NCBI RefSeq assembly: GCF_006345805.1
Contig: NC_043002.1
Coordinates: forward strand, 69,812,001-69,876,000
DNA from: Octopus sinensis
Taxonomy: Eukaryota
Length of the DNA stretch: 64,000 bases
Direction: 5' to 3'
Shown: in pieces, positions 1 through 13,566 of the stretch
Layout of the letters: the number at the start of each line of letters is the position of its first letter
Numbering within the stretch: the first letter of the stretch is position 1
Program-made: the position numbers and the translations under genes
Notes under the pieces: model-generated
Seen by the model: only the letters and a program-made list of their open reading frames with translations
Databases searched by the model: none
Told to the model about the DNA's origin: nothing

Positions 1-198
1 GGGGACAAACACAGACACACAATATATGTATATATACGACGAGCTTATTTCTGTTTCCGTCTACTATATCCACTCACAAGGCATTAGTCGGCCCTAGGTT
101 ATAGCAGAATACAATTGCCCAAGGTGCTACGCAGTGGGACTGAACCCGAGACCATGTGGTTGGGAAGCAAGCTACTTACCACACACCCACGCCTGCGC
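1..198 (-). mobile_element. SINE family A (tRNA-headed, internal microsatellite), head and body cut by the window edge
   Basis: Minus strand begins GGCGCAGGCGTGGGTGTGTGGTAAGTAGC with a B-box-like GGTTCAGTCCC and matches the family A copies at 46884 and 22047. Confidence 0.8.
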
Positions 199-261
199 CT
201 GATTCTATTTACCATATATATCTATATATGTATGTAGCTGAATCAGACCTTGTCTGTAAGC

Positions 262-440
262 TTTGTTGATCTCACCAAAGTTTTTGACGTAGGGTGTTGT
301 GGTGCTTCAAGAAGGATCCTTATGAAATATGGTTGCTCACCCATGTTCGCGAACTAAGTGCATCAGTTTTATGGCTTCATGCTCGCGAGCGTTTGGAACA
401 ATGGTGACATAAGTTTATCATTTACTGTCTGTAAACAAAT
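262..440 (+). pseudogene. RTE-clade reverse transcriptase fragment
   Basis: Translates FVDLTKVFD...ILMKYGCSPMF..*VHQFYGFMLASVWNNGDISLSFTV, matching the RTE RT motif FVDLTKAFD...L.KYGCP...V.NG..S..F.V. One in-frame stop. Confidence 0.65.
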
Positions 441-455
441 GAACAGTAGATAAAT

Positions 456-820
456 AACAATACCTATTTCTTTACTGCCCACAAGGGGCTACACACAGAG
501 GGGACAAACAAGGACAGACAAAGGGATTAAGTCGATTATATCGACCCTAGTGCATAACTGGTACTTATTTAATCGACACCGAAAGGATGAAAGGCAAAGT
601 CGACCTCGGCGGAATTTGAATAACAATACCAAACAACAATACCTATTTCTTTACTGCCCACAAGGGGCTACACACAGAGGGGACAAACAAGGACAGACAA
701 AGGGATTAAGTCGATTATATCGACCCTAGTGCATAACTGGTACTTATTTAATTGACACCGAAAGGATGAAAGGCAAAGTCAACCTCGGCGGAATTTGAAT
801 AACAATACCAAACAACAATC
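456..820 (-). mobile_element. Two tandem 179-bp headless SINE-B units
   Basis: TACCTATTTC recurs at 461 and 640 (period 179). Each unit is the SINE-B body (GAGGTCGACTTTGCCTTTCATCC) plus the Tx1-like tail, bounded by GGTATTGTT repeats. Confidence 0.8.
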
Positions 821-866
821 CAACTCTTAATGATCGTAAAATTGGTATAAAACAATAAAAGCTGTA

Positions 867-938
867 TGACCCCGACGTGATTCGAACACGCAGCCTTCTG
901 ATCTGGAGTCAGACGCGCTACCGTTGCGCCACAGGGCC
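867..938 (-). tRNA. trnW: tRNA-Trp(CCA) copy 1
   Basis: 72 nt: GGCCCTGTGGCGCAACGGTAGCGCGTCTGACTCCAGATCAGAAGGCTGCGTGTTCGAATCACGTCGGGGTCA. Full cloverleaf, CCA anticodon, A/B boxes, A73, T4 runs downstream. Confidence 0.95.
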
Positions 939-964
939 AGTCAATTAACACTTATCAATGAAAG

Positions 965-970
965 TATATA
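965..970 (-). promoter_or_regulatory. TATA-like element at -32..-27 of tRNA copy 1
   Basis: TATATA at exactly the same offset as upstream of copy 2 (7147-7152), in a shared TCAATGAA.GTATATAACT.TAACTCA context. Confidence 0.5.
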
Positions 971-1312
971 ACTCTAACTCACAACAAACTTCACTCAGCT
1001 GTGTCATCTATATTACTTTTTACTCTCGTCTACCGCTTGTAATTATTTCATCGCTTACATAATGTTTAGAAAGGTTACATTATTAATAAATGCAGCGGCA
1101 GCAGCAGCAACAGCAGCAACAGCAGCACTATTAACAATAACTTATTTGTACCTAAAAATAATTATGAAGAGGCGTAGCAGAGTAATCAATAAAAACGACT
1201 TCAATATTTGATTTGAATTTTTTGTATACACTTGTGGAGTACCTGTCAATAATGACGGGGTTTATTTGAGAAGAGAATGAATTATGTGTATGAGTAAGAC
1301 AGTGCCATTGGC

Positions 1313-3280
<1,968 letters not shown>

Positions 3281-3457
3281 GGAAAATAAGGCAAGGTAGA
3301 AAATGCTAAAATAATTTTATCATGAATAATATTTTAGTATCGGTTTCCGTTTTTTAAACATTTTCGACTAAGAATAAAATAAGAAAAAACAATTAAATTG
3401 GAGAAAAAAATTAAGTAAAATGCATTATAGATATTTCCATAATCTTTAAATCGGTAA

Positions 3458-4659
3458 ATATTTCCATAGTCTCCAGGTAGTCTGTCTCTCTTTATTCGTT
3501 TGTGAATGCCTCGAAGGTGTGTAGTAGTAAATCCGAAGGAATAGTTTGGCTACAGAGAATTATCACTAATTGATATAGGCTTTCAACGTACCCTACAACT
3601 CAACATCCACGAACTCAGACGTCCCACACTCAAGAAGGATTTACAACGAAAAGCCTTACCATACACATCCACGTACAACCCTCTAAACAATAAGGCCTTC
3701 GACACCATCCTCCAGGACATCCCTTTACTAAAAAGGGATCATTGAATGGATCAAATCCTCCAAACGCACACCATCATAAAGAGCAAACGACAACCCAAGT
3801 CAATAAAAATTTTCTAACACAGGCCCAAGTGCACATCGAAACCGACAGTAACATCGAAACCGACAGTAAAAGATTACGGAAGATCTAACTGTGGTATGTG
3901 TGTCAACCTAATTGAAGGATCGGAATTCTCCTTCAAACAGGGTCAACGTTTTACAGTGAAAAACAACTTCACATGTGCTTTAGATAACCTAATATATGTA
4001 TTAACTTGGTCAGGGTGTCGAGAGCAGTATATTGGTCAAACTAAAAACAGTTTGCACCAGAGGATGACGGTACATAGATCCCAGATTAAAATACGAGAAT
4101 ACAGAAAAATAGGATTAAGTGAGCACATCGATATTTGCGCCACTAACGAACAATTCAACTTCAGAATATTTCCCCTCTATAAATTCAAGGACAATGCAAC
4201 CTATAATCAGTGCATTAGCAAGGGAGCATATTTTATCGCAAAATATAGACCTATTTTGAATGCCGCCACCACCACAGATGAAACTACTACAAGAATTTAG
4301 AACAATTCCAGCCAATATTGCTACGACCACAACAGACGACTTTTAGGTCATTTGACCTTTAAAGAAGATTCCACGAACAATTTACTGTTACAGCACTCCT
4401 GTATTTCTCTTTGCTTTTCTTTCTTCTTTCCCTACTACTTCTCTTCCTCCTTTATCACCTCTCCTCCTCCTTCTTCTTCTTCTTCTTCTTCTTCTTCTTC
4501 TTCTTCTTCTTCTTCTTCTTCTTCTTCTTCTTCTTCTTCTTCTTCTTCTTCTTCTTCTTCTTCCTCGGCTGCTCCTGCTTCAACCATCAATTCTCTGTAT
4601 CCAAACTATTCTTTCAGACTTACTACTACCTACCTACAAGGCATTCACAAAGGAATAGA

Positions 4660-4711
<52 letters not shown>

Positions 4712-4728
4712 TTATCTGAAGACTATGG

Positions 4729-4781
<53 letters not shown>

Positions 4782-4950
4782 TGTATGTATTTATGTATGG
4801 ATGCTGTATAATGCCAAGCATACAGATTAATGAAATCGTGTACTCAATTTTTTGTGTACTGAAATTTATACTATATGAAGACGGTTGTGAAACGTCCGAA
4901 ACCTATGGAAGTTATATAAATCTATATTTTACCTTTTTGCGTGAGGAGGA
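3458..4950 (+). mobile_element. 5'-truncated Penelope-like element with inverted pLTR piece at its 5' end
   Basis: Linker peptide LPYTSTYNPLNN...KRQPKS at ~3650-3810, then the GIY-YIG ORF. 3458-3561 is the reverse complement of 4589-4734, the typical PLE inversion structure. Confidence 0.75.
3896..4300 (+). pseudogene. Penelope-type GIY-YIG endonuclease domain
   Basis: FTCALDNLIYVLTWSGCREQYIGQTKNSLHQRMTVH fits the PLE pattern TC...N(V/L)IY.I.C..C...YIG.T...L..R...H. Upstream frame is disrupted. Confidence 0.85.
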
Positions 4951-5699
4951 TTAAAAGATAAGAGATCAAGTGTTAAGAAGTGAAAGATAGAGCGTGGGAA
5001 GAAAGCAAGCAAAATAGCCGGAGACTGCGGATTAGAAGTGAGGAGTAAATTAAATGTCTGAAAAAAACAATGAAAAGATGGAAGGATGTGAATATTAGAT
5101 TTAAGCTGGGTGAAAAAAAGGAAACGTTACTCAAATATTTACTGATTACAGTCGAGTCGGCACATTACGTTGAAAGTGAAAGTTCTTTATTTCATGGAAA
5201 TCTATGTAAAACGGTATTTGAGTCAGTGTTAGGGCATGTATTATAAATGTATATATGTGTATATATTTCTTGGAAATATGCAAAAGTTCTTGGAAATTAG
5301 TTGTTAGCTGTCGAGACACTACATCCTCCAAAACTTCCAAGCTTTCTGAAATTCGCCAACAGTACACTGAATGCCTTTATTTATTTATTCATTTATTTAT
5401 TTATTTGTAGTGCACCTGAGCACTGTATACAACAATTTCATTATATATTAGTAGTAAAAGAATGGTAAAACATGAGGATATGCACTCACTGACCACATAT
5501 ACTTCGACGGAGGGGTGCGAATCGAGGGCAATCTGAATGCCCCTTATATAGAATAGCTTAAGCTACCTCAGGGAACCTTACTCACTTACGTACATGAAAA
5601 TGTTGATAAGCTGACTGTTGATGGGAATACAAAGAGTCAACAACTCACCGATGAGGTAGAAAATTCATATCTTCTTCCCTCCACTTTAATGTGTCTTAA

Positions 5700-5915
5700 C
5701 CCCTTAGCATTTAAACCAGTCATATCCAACCCAAATATTCCACCCGTTTTAAGTTCAAACTTGCTAGATCCGTCCTCTCGCATTTATCATACAATGTTAT
5801 TTTAAAAATAAACGGTCACATTAACGAAACTTTGGAGCTACGAGATAATGAATAATTCAGAACAATGTGAATGAATAAACCTTACATTTGACAGAATAAT
5901 CCGAATGCTAAAGAA
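5700..5915. mobile_element. Degenerate piggyBac-type MITE (tentative)
   Basis: TTAA at 5696-5699 and 5916-5919 flanking CCCCTTAGCATT ... AATGCTAAAGAA imperfect TIRs. Confidence 0.45.
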
Positions 5916-6564
5916 TTAAACCAAGATGCCGGTCTTCTATCCTAACCCGTTTGCCTAGCTATACTAGAATACCAATAAGCAATGGTGGAAATAGTTGTGA
6001 TGGAAGTGTTGGTGCTATGTAATGGTACGCTGGGGTACGCTGTTCTTTTGTTTTTCAACTCATGGAGAAGGACGGCATAGAGTGTCTGGTCCCACCTTCC
6101 CGACTTCTTGGACATTAACGCACCCCTACTTCTTAGCACATATTTCCAAAGCCAGAAGACAAACCAACAAGAAAGCCTCTGCATGATAGAAATAGAAGCA
6201 GTCAGATTTCAATCCACATTTCACTGTTAAAAAGCGGAAAGACACAATAGATAATCCGACCCTAAATACCCTAAAACAATGGAACTGATCACGGCTGGAA
6301 TGACGATGATTGAATGTAGATATGCTGGATTAGAGTTCATCTACTGCTAAATAACAACATCAGCATCAACAACAACAACAACGACCGCAGCAGCAATGAC
6401 AGCCATAACAACATGCAATATCGTCTGCAAGAAACCATTTATTCTTGTTGCTTTTGTTGTTGTTGATGCTGACACTGCTTAGATCAGCATCGTTGAAGTA
6501 GCATTATGGTTAAAGGCTTTCCAGCCGTGACACACTATATTTTCCTGAAATACACTAATAATTA

Positions 6565-6890
6565 TACTTGTAACATCGGGCTCACAATCATAAACTAGTG
6601 AGATCCATTCCTGGGCCGGGTTATGTATTATTGTGTTCTTGAGCAAGACACTTTATTTCACGTTGCTGCAGTTCACTCAGTTGTAGAAATGAGTTGTGAT
6701 GCCCACTGTTGCCAAGCTGTATCGGCCTTTGCCTTACCCTTGGATAACATCAGTGGCGTGGAGAGGAGAAACTGGTATGCATGGGCGACTGCTGGTCTTC
6801 CATAAACAACTTTACACGGACTTGTGCCTCGGAGTGGAACTTTCTAGGTGCAATCCCATGGTCATTCATGACCGAAGGGGTTCTTTACTT
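6565..6890 (+). mobile_element. SINE family C
   Basis: Shares TTGTGTTCTTGAGCAAGACACTTTA...GTAGAAATGAGT core and TTTCTAGGTGCAATCCCATGGTC tail with the copies at 28365 and 59851. Confidence 0.75.
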
Positions 6891-7048
6891 TAATTGAGGG
6901 TGTGAGGAATTAGAGACTGATCTGAATATTAATAGTCATATTAAGCAAATAAATGTTTTGTAAATGGCGTAGTTTCAAACAGCGACCTAATAATTATACA
7001 TCTATCTTTAAAAAAAAGAGGAATAAAAAAAAAAGCGACTGCACTCTG

Positions 7049-7120
7049 TGACCCCGACGTGATTTGAACACGCAACCTTCTGATCTGGAGTCAGACGCGC
7101 TACCGTTGCGCCACAGGGCC
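7049..7120 (-). tRNA. trnW: tRNA-Trp(CCA) copy 2
   Basis: 72 nt, variable loop AGGTT, T-loop TTCAAAT (closest to the common metazoan form). T10 terminator at 7025-7034. Confidence 0.96.
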
Positions 7121-7146
7121 AGCTAGCAATCAGCTTTCAATGAACG

Positions 7147-7152
7147 TATATA
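7147..7152 (-). promoter_or_regulatory. TATA-like element at -32..-27 of tRNA copy 2
   Basis: Same motif and offset as for copy 1. Confidence 0.5.
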
Positions 7153-7456
7153 ACTATAACTCATAATGAACATCAAACGGCCATGACTTTTGGTTCACAT
7201 GATGATCAGTCGATTTTATGAATGGATTTACTCGTCCGCATCTTGCAATTAATTAGTACCTTGTAGGGCTACGATATTAATATTAATTATAGAAGTAGCA
7301 ACGACGACGACGACAACAACAACAACACAGTAGCATGAACAATAATTAGGATTACTTACAAGCCAAAATATTTTGGGTAAAAGAGTAGTCAGTAAAAACT
7401 ATTTCACAATTGGTACATATTTTATTTATTTACATACATAAATACATACAGACATA

Positions 7457-7488
<32 letters not shown>

Positions 7489-7860
7489 TGTGTATGTGTG
7501 TGTGTGTATACCCCTCACACACACATATACATATTAGCGCTGTGCTTGTTTACATCAGTGTGTAAAAGATTATGCAAACATATTGTGCATGAAAGAGAAA
7601 GAAAGGGACAATGGAACTGACTTACATAAAAGTGTATAGGATACAGCTAAGCTGATGTTAAAAGGGAGGGCCATCACTGTGTGTAACAGACAGATGTTTG
7701 TGTGTCACACCTTGACTGTATACAACCCTAAACCCTGCGTTCCCAACAAAAAAACAAAAACAAAAAAAGGAATCAGCCGGAGGATTTTCACCCCTGCGTT
7801 GGAAACCCATCAGCAACTAACTGCTTTCTTTCTCATTTCGTAGAAACAATGCTTTTAAAT

Positions 7861-8093
7861 AAGGCGGCGAGCTGGCAGAAGCGTTAGCACGCCGGGCGAA
7901 ATGCGTAGCCGTATTTCGTCTGCCGTTACGTTCTGAGTTCAAATTCCGCCGAGGTCGACTTTGCCTTTCATCCTTTCGGGATCGATCAAATAAGTACCAG
8001 TTACGCACTGGGGTCGATATAATCGACTTAATCCGTTTGTCTGTCCTTGTTTGTCCCCTCTATGTTTAGCCCCTTGTGGGTAAAAAAGAAATA
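7861..8093 (+). mobile_element. SINE family B monomer with 19-bp TSD
   Basis: Head AAGGCGGCGAGCTGGCAGAA, B box GAGTTCAAATTCC, tail AGCCCCTTGTGGG. TSD AGAAACAATGCTTTTAAAT at 7842-7860 and 8094-8112. Confidence 0.9.
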
Positions 8094-9244
8094 AGAAACA
8101 ATGCTTTTAAATCGACTGTTTTTAAGGGTTTAAATACATTGGATAGACTTATTTGCATGTAATAAGGCATTCTTCTCAGGTGGTAGGATGTATACATTAC
8201 TGATCCGTTTGTCCTGCTTCGATACTGCTCTGCTGTATTACAGATCATATCTATAGATTTTTAGCTAGTATTGTATTTGTAGACAATTTTAAACACTCTG
8301 CCTCTGTATATGATAGTCTTCTGGACTGAAATAGAGAGATCAGTCAAGCTGGCAACCAAGAATGCGTTAAAATATTTAAATCTGTATATCTGATTTATAT
8401 CCTATATTATAGGGTTTATAGCAAACAGTTTAAAAGCTTACGCAATAGTTTTTTAAATCAATACACAGGATTATAACTAGTCCGGCTGGGTCTACTTGTT
8501 TTCTATTCCCGAAGATTTTGAATATAAAGACATGGTGTTGATAGTCTATAGACATAGTGTTGGTTAAAATTTTACAATTTTCTCCGTAGTGTCGAATAGC
8601 AAGACTATTTCCAAATTAACCAACTACCTAACTCTTCATTGATGGTGGCAAGTTTTCATAGAAGCATCTATATGGTAGATATAACCAACTAGAAACAGTG
8701 ATCGTTAGACAGAGATCCTTGTGGTTCAAATTCCACGCCGAGTAAACTTCTTTTCATCCGTTCGGGATTCAGCAAATAAGTACCAATCTAGGGCGTTGTA
8801 GTGGTGGGACTGCAAGAACATCGGATTGGCTGCCACGCGAATTTTTGTTCTTGTGCGTTTCGTTCTGAGTCCAAATCTCATGATGGCCTACTTAATCCGT
8901 CGCTCGGTTTAACACTACCATTCGGTACCTTGAATGCCATTTAGGGATTTTACACTGTTCAATAATCCAGGACAAGATTCCGGTTCGTGGTTACCGTCTT
9001 CTCTCCCGTTCACCATTCTCAGCGACCATGTAAAGGGGCGGGAGCTCTGTTTCCTTTTCTGCCTGCATATTATGATCACTTTTGGAAGGAGTCATAACAA
9101 TAACCGTTTGATAATATCCGTGATTGTAATAAACGGCTTTCATTATAGTAGTTACATAATGATATTAATAGATTGTATAAAGGCGGCGAGCTGACACAAT
9201 CGTTAGCCCGCTGAGCGGCACTTCTTTCGTATTTATGATCTGAG

Positions 9245-10105
9245 GGGACCAGTCGATTAGATCGACTTAGTGCGCAACTGGTACTTAATCTATTGACCCC
9301 GAAAGGATGAAAGGCAAAGTCGACCTCGGCGGAATTTGAACTCAGAACGTAACGGCAGACGAAATACCTATTTCTTTAACAACAATAACAGTACTTTACA
9401 ACTTAGGTACACAGACAGAAAATTTTGTGGAGTTGAAGAGGAAATTGAACTCAGAACGTAAAGACAGACGAAATACCACTAAGCATTTCGCCCGGCGTGC
9501 TAACATTTCTTATTTCTTTATTGCCCACAAGGGGCTAAACATAGAGGGGACAAACAAGGACTAGTACTTAATTTATCGACCCTGAAAGGATGAAAGGCAA
9601 AGTCGACCTCGGCGGAATTTGAACTCAGAACGTAAAGACAGACGAAATACCTATTTCTTTACTACCCACAAGGGGCTAAACATAGAGGGGACAAACAAGG
9701 ACAGACAAACGGATTAAGTCGAATACATCGACCTCAGCGCGAAACTGGTACTTAATTTATCGACCCCGAAAGGATGAAAGGCAAAGTCGACCTCGACCTC
9801 GGCGGAATTTGAACTCAGAATGTAACGGCAGACGAAATACGGCTACGCATTTCGCCCGGCCTGCTAATTTCTTATTTCTTTATTGCCTACAAGGGGCTAA
9901 ACATAGCGGGGACAAACAAGGACAGACAAACGGATTAAGTCGAATACATCGACCTCAGCGCGAAACTGGTACTTAATTTATCGACCCCGAAAGGATGAAA
10001 GGCAAAGTCGACCTCGGCGGAATTTGAACTCAGAATGTAACGGCTGACGGAATACCTCTCAGCATTTCGCCCGGCGTGCTAACGTTTCTGCCAGCTCGCC
10101 GCCTT
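9245..10105 (-). mobile_element. Nested/tandem array of about five SINE-B subunits
   Basis: Repeated GAAAGGCAAAGTCGACCTCGGCGGAATTTGAACTCAGAA blocks alternating with tail blocks. One intact head at ~10105. Confidence 0.85.
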
Positions 10106-10944
10106 AGGGTCGATTAAATAACGTGCCAGTCAAGTACTAGCGTCATTTTAATCGACTAATCGCCTACCCTTCAACTCCATAAAATTTTCTGTCTGTGTAC
10201 CTTACACTTAGTAACTAGCAAAACACAAATAAGGATCTGTGTTCCCAAAGTAGCAACTAATGGAATTCCAGTAACCAAAGAATTTCAACAAAATATAAAT
10301 GAAGGACACAAAAGAAAAAAAAAAACAGAGAAAAAAAAACTAACGAAATAAAGAGAAAATTATAAGTGGTTGCATGAAATATCATAAGAATAGTAAAAGA
10401 AAAATAAAAAAAATTTTCTTCTGTTAGAGAGTCTTAAAAAAAAAAACGGCCCAAGCCACGTGCTGCGAAGTCTCGAGGAAATAGTGTGCTGGAAGGAAAT
10501 GCACTGTAAGCAAAAAATATGGAGAATGATGGGGTGGGGATAGGGAGGAGAAAGTGGGACAGAGAGAGAAAGGGCGAGAGAGAGAGAGAGGGAGGGAGAG
10601 AGGGAGAAAGGGAGAGAGAGAGAGAGAGAGGCGGGGTGAAAAGGAAGGATGCGGTGAGGAGTTGGAAGGAGGGGGGAATGTAAAAGGAATGTCCCGTTCG
10701 TAGATCTCTTCTCCTTCTATCTTAACCCAAAGACTTGTCAGGAATGGTTCTTCAACAGTTTACTGGTGGGTGTCTAAAAGTAGTTTGATTGTGGCTGGCG
10801 ACGGTGGTGTAGAGGCCATATTAGTGTTGGGGTAGTGGTGATGGTGGTGGCGGCGATATTAGTGACGGTTTTTGCTATGATGGCGTTGGTGGCAAAGGTA
10901 GCGGTGTTAGGTTATGCTGCTGTGTAATCATCATAAGTCAGCCT

Positions 10945-11535
10945 ATAACGAGCAGACCTACGATCAAAGGCATTCCAACCGTGACCATCCCATCTTTCAT
11001 ACATGCATATCCTAGACTGTATTATGCAATGAACTCTTCTTTATTTAAAAATCTGGATCAGCTGTAATTTGAGGGAGATCTGGCTGCAGTTTCTGACAGG
11101 TTATGGTAACGACAATGGTGGTTGCGGTGGTTGTGGTGGAGTGGTGTTAGTTGCAGTATTTCTCGCGATCAAAGACATTCCAACCGTGATCATCTCATCT
11201 TTTATGTATGCATATTGGGGACTGTATTATCTAATGTAATCCTTTTATTTCAAATTTAGGGCTAGCTCTAATTTGAGGGATACTTAGCTGCAGTTTCTTG
11301 CTGGTAATGGTGGTGTCAGCAGCGGCGGCGGTGGTCAGTATCGTTTTGGTGGAGTTAGCTGCAGTATTAGTCAGGATCAAAGGCGGTCCAACCGTGACCA
11401 TCCTATATATATATATATTTAAAAAAATTTTTATGTACGCATTTCAGGACCGTATTATCTTACGTACTCTTCTTTATTTAAACATTCTGGGTCAGCTGTT
11501 ATTTGAGGAAGTCTTAGCTGTTGTTTCTAGCAGGC
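10945..11535 (+). repeat. Three degenerate ~150-bp copies of an unclassified dispersed repeat (family G)
   Basis: GATCAAAG..TTCCAACCGTGA.CATC ... TTTGAGG(G/A)...TAGCTG..GTTTCT at ~10960, ~11165, ~11375. A reverse-strand relative lies at ~25915-26075. Confidence 0.6.
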
Positions 11536-11697
11536 ATTAATGGTGGCGGTGGCGGCAGTGGCTGCAGCAATGACGATAGTTGCAGTGTCATGACATTGGC
11601 GCAGACGTAGCTGTGTGGTAAGAAGCTTGTATTTACACACAACAACACACACACACATAGTGTGTGTGTTTGTATACTATGTGTGTGTGTTTGTATA

Positions 11698-11749
<52 letters not shown>

Positions 11750-12152
11750 GACAAACAGACGCTGCTTGACCAGCAGGCATACTAACCTCCTGATAACCCC
11801 AAAACCATTGATGCTTGAAGGGGAGTATACACCACACTGGGTACAACCTTTTTTTCTCTCAATTCAACCTTTCTGCTAAAACAAACAGGTTAGTAACAAC
11901 ACATTCTCGCCTTCAACTTAAAATATTCTGAGATGTATAAAAAATCCATTTTAATTTTTGCTGTCAAAATATTGTATATATATACCAAAGACTGTATATA
12001 TATACATGTAATGTGACAATTTGCAACAACTAATAATTAACGCAACCAAATTTCCAATAATATATTTGTTTTATCCTTTTCTGCCAATTTTTCCAAATAT
12101 TCTCATCACACTATTGAACTTCTCTGTTACCAAACACTATATTTATACATGT

Positions 12153-12290
12153 AATGTGACAATTTTGTATAAAAAAACATTTTTGAATTCATAATATCCA
12201 ATGTGACAATTATGTAAAAAACTTTTTTGAATGCATAATATTCAATGTGACAATTATGTAAAAAACTTTTTGAACCCATATTATTCAATG
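12153..12290. repeat. ~43-bp minisatellite, about 3 copies
   Basis: AATGTGACAATTATGTAAAAA(A)CTTTTTGAA..CATAATATTC repeated. Confidence 0.8.
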
Positions 12291-12384
12291 ATACTTTTAA
12301 TGTTACTTTTGACAATCTTTTACCAAAGAGTGAAACCGGTTAAGTAAATAAAGATCGTTTAAATTGCATTTTCAAACCTTCTTT

Positions 12385-12431
<47 letters not shown>

Positions 12432-12620
12432 CTAACTACATAGATAGAGTGAGAGAGAAGATAGACAGACAGACGCATAGAATGAGATTCACTCTGGTGT
12501 CATATGTAGGAAATAAGGCACGTGAGAGAGGGGGAGAGAGATGAGAAAGAGTGAGAAGAGAGACAATGAGAGAAAGAGAGAGAGCGAGAGAAACGAAGAA
12601 AAAATAATATAATAGACCAC

Positions 12621-12718
12621 CCCTCAGCAAGTTGCTGTGCAGAGACGAACGAAGAGGGGATCACCAACATGGTCGCCAGACATGCTAGAAATAACAACCA
12701 AATTTCTCTTAATTTCAT
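12621..12718 (-). CDS. Candidate first coding exon encoding a signal peptide (unknown secreted or membrane protein)
   Basis: MKLREIWLLFLACLATMLVIPSSFVSA/QQLAEG has n-, h- and c-regions and a V-S-A cleavage motif. ATG sits 4 nt after a TTGTTTACGTAG acceptor. The donor GTGGTC is weak and no partner exon was identified. Confidence 0.4.
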
Positions 12719-12954
12719 CCTTCTACGTAAACAAGTTGATGATACCTCAGACCCTGTTGACAACAGGATTAGATACATAATAACAGAATTTTTTAAAATA
12801 ACACAGGATGGTCATAACTGGAACGCTGCTGATCGTAATTCCACCACCGATGCCACCACCAAGGCAGTCCCAAGCTGTTGGGTGTTAAATGAAGTGGTGG
12901 TCATGGTACAGTGGCGATGTTGTTATTGTTGTGTAACTCGGAGTTTGTATATTT

Positions 12955-13451
12955 TCTCTTCTACCTTTTACTTGCTTCAGTCATTAGACTGCGGCCACGC
13001 TGGAGCACTGCCTTTAAGATTTTAAAAATTTTTTGTCGTTTTTGGTACTGGAATCGAATGGATCGATTCCAGTACTTATTTGTTTTTAAGCCGGGTACTT
13101 ATTCAATCAGACCAAATTTGCCGAACCGCCAAGTTACGGGGATGCAAACACGTCAAGACCGGTTGTCAAGCGGTGGGGGGGGGCAAACATACAGAAAGAC
13201 ACACACACACACACACACACTCTCATGCGCACATGCACGCATGCACACACAACACACACACACACAACACACACACACACTCATGCACGCATGCACGCAC
13301 ACATGCACATACACACGGTAGGCTTCTTTCAGTTTCCCTCCACCAAATCCACTCACAAGGATTTGATCGGTTCGCGGCCATAGTAGAAGACACTTGCCCG
13401 ACGTACCACTCAGTGGGACCAAACCCGGAACCATGTGGTTGAGAAGCAAGC
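12955..13451 (-). mobile_element. SINE family A, head truncated
   Basis: Family A tail (CAGTCATT.GACTGCGGCCA.GCTGGAGCAC), internal (CA)n, body to AAGCAAGC. Confidence 0.8.
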
Positions 13452-13566
13452 ATCCACTGTAAACCTTTGATAAATATCTCCACAAAATTTTGCCCCTTGT
13501 GGGCAAAATTTAAAAGAAAAAATTCTCATAGCCTTCGTGGTTTCATTTAGCCATTTTATTTCCAAA

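Noticed and set aside
4863-4922. Hammerhead-like layout in the Penelope 3' region (ATTTATA...GACG/CGTC-CGAAAC...TATAAAT)
   Set aside because: The core reads CTATATGA rather than CTGANGA, too degenerate to call.
5942-6184. Minus-strand ORF preceded by an acceptor-like TTCTATCATGCAG
   Set aside because: No recognisable domain, and joining it to the signal-peptide exon in phase 1 or 2 gives stops within 17 codons.
6360-6472. 19-bp perfect inverted repeat
   Set aside because: It is made mostly of (CAA)n/(TTG)n, which is expected by chance in this composition.
13485-13511. Perfect 11-bp hairpin just upstream of Tx1-A
   Set aside because: It lies outside the inferred CATTT start and overlaps GCCCCTTGTGGGCAA, a SINE-B/Tx1 tail remnant, so it is probably incidental.
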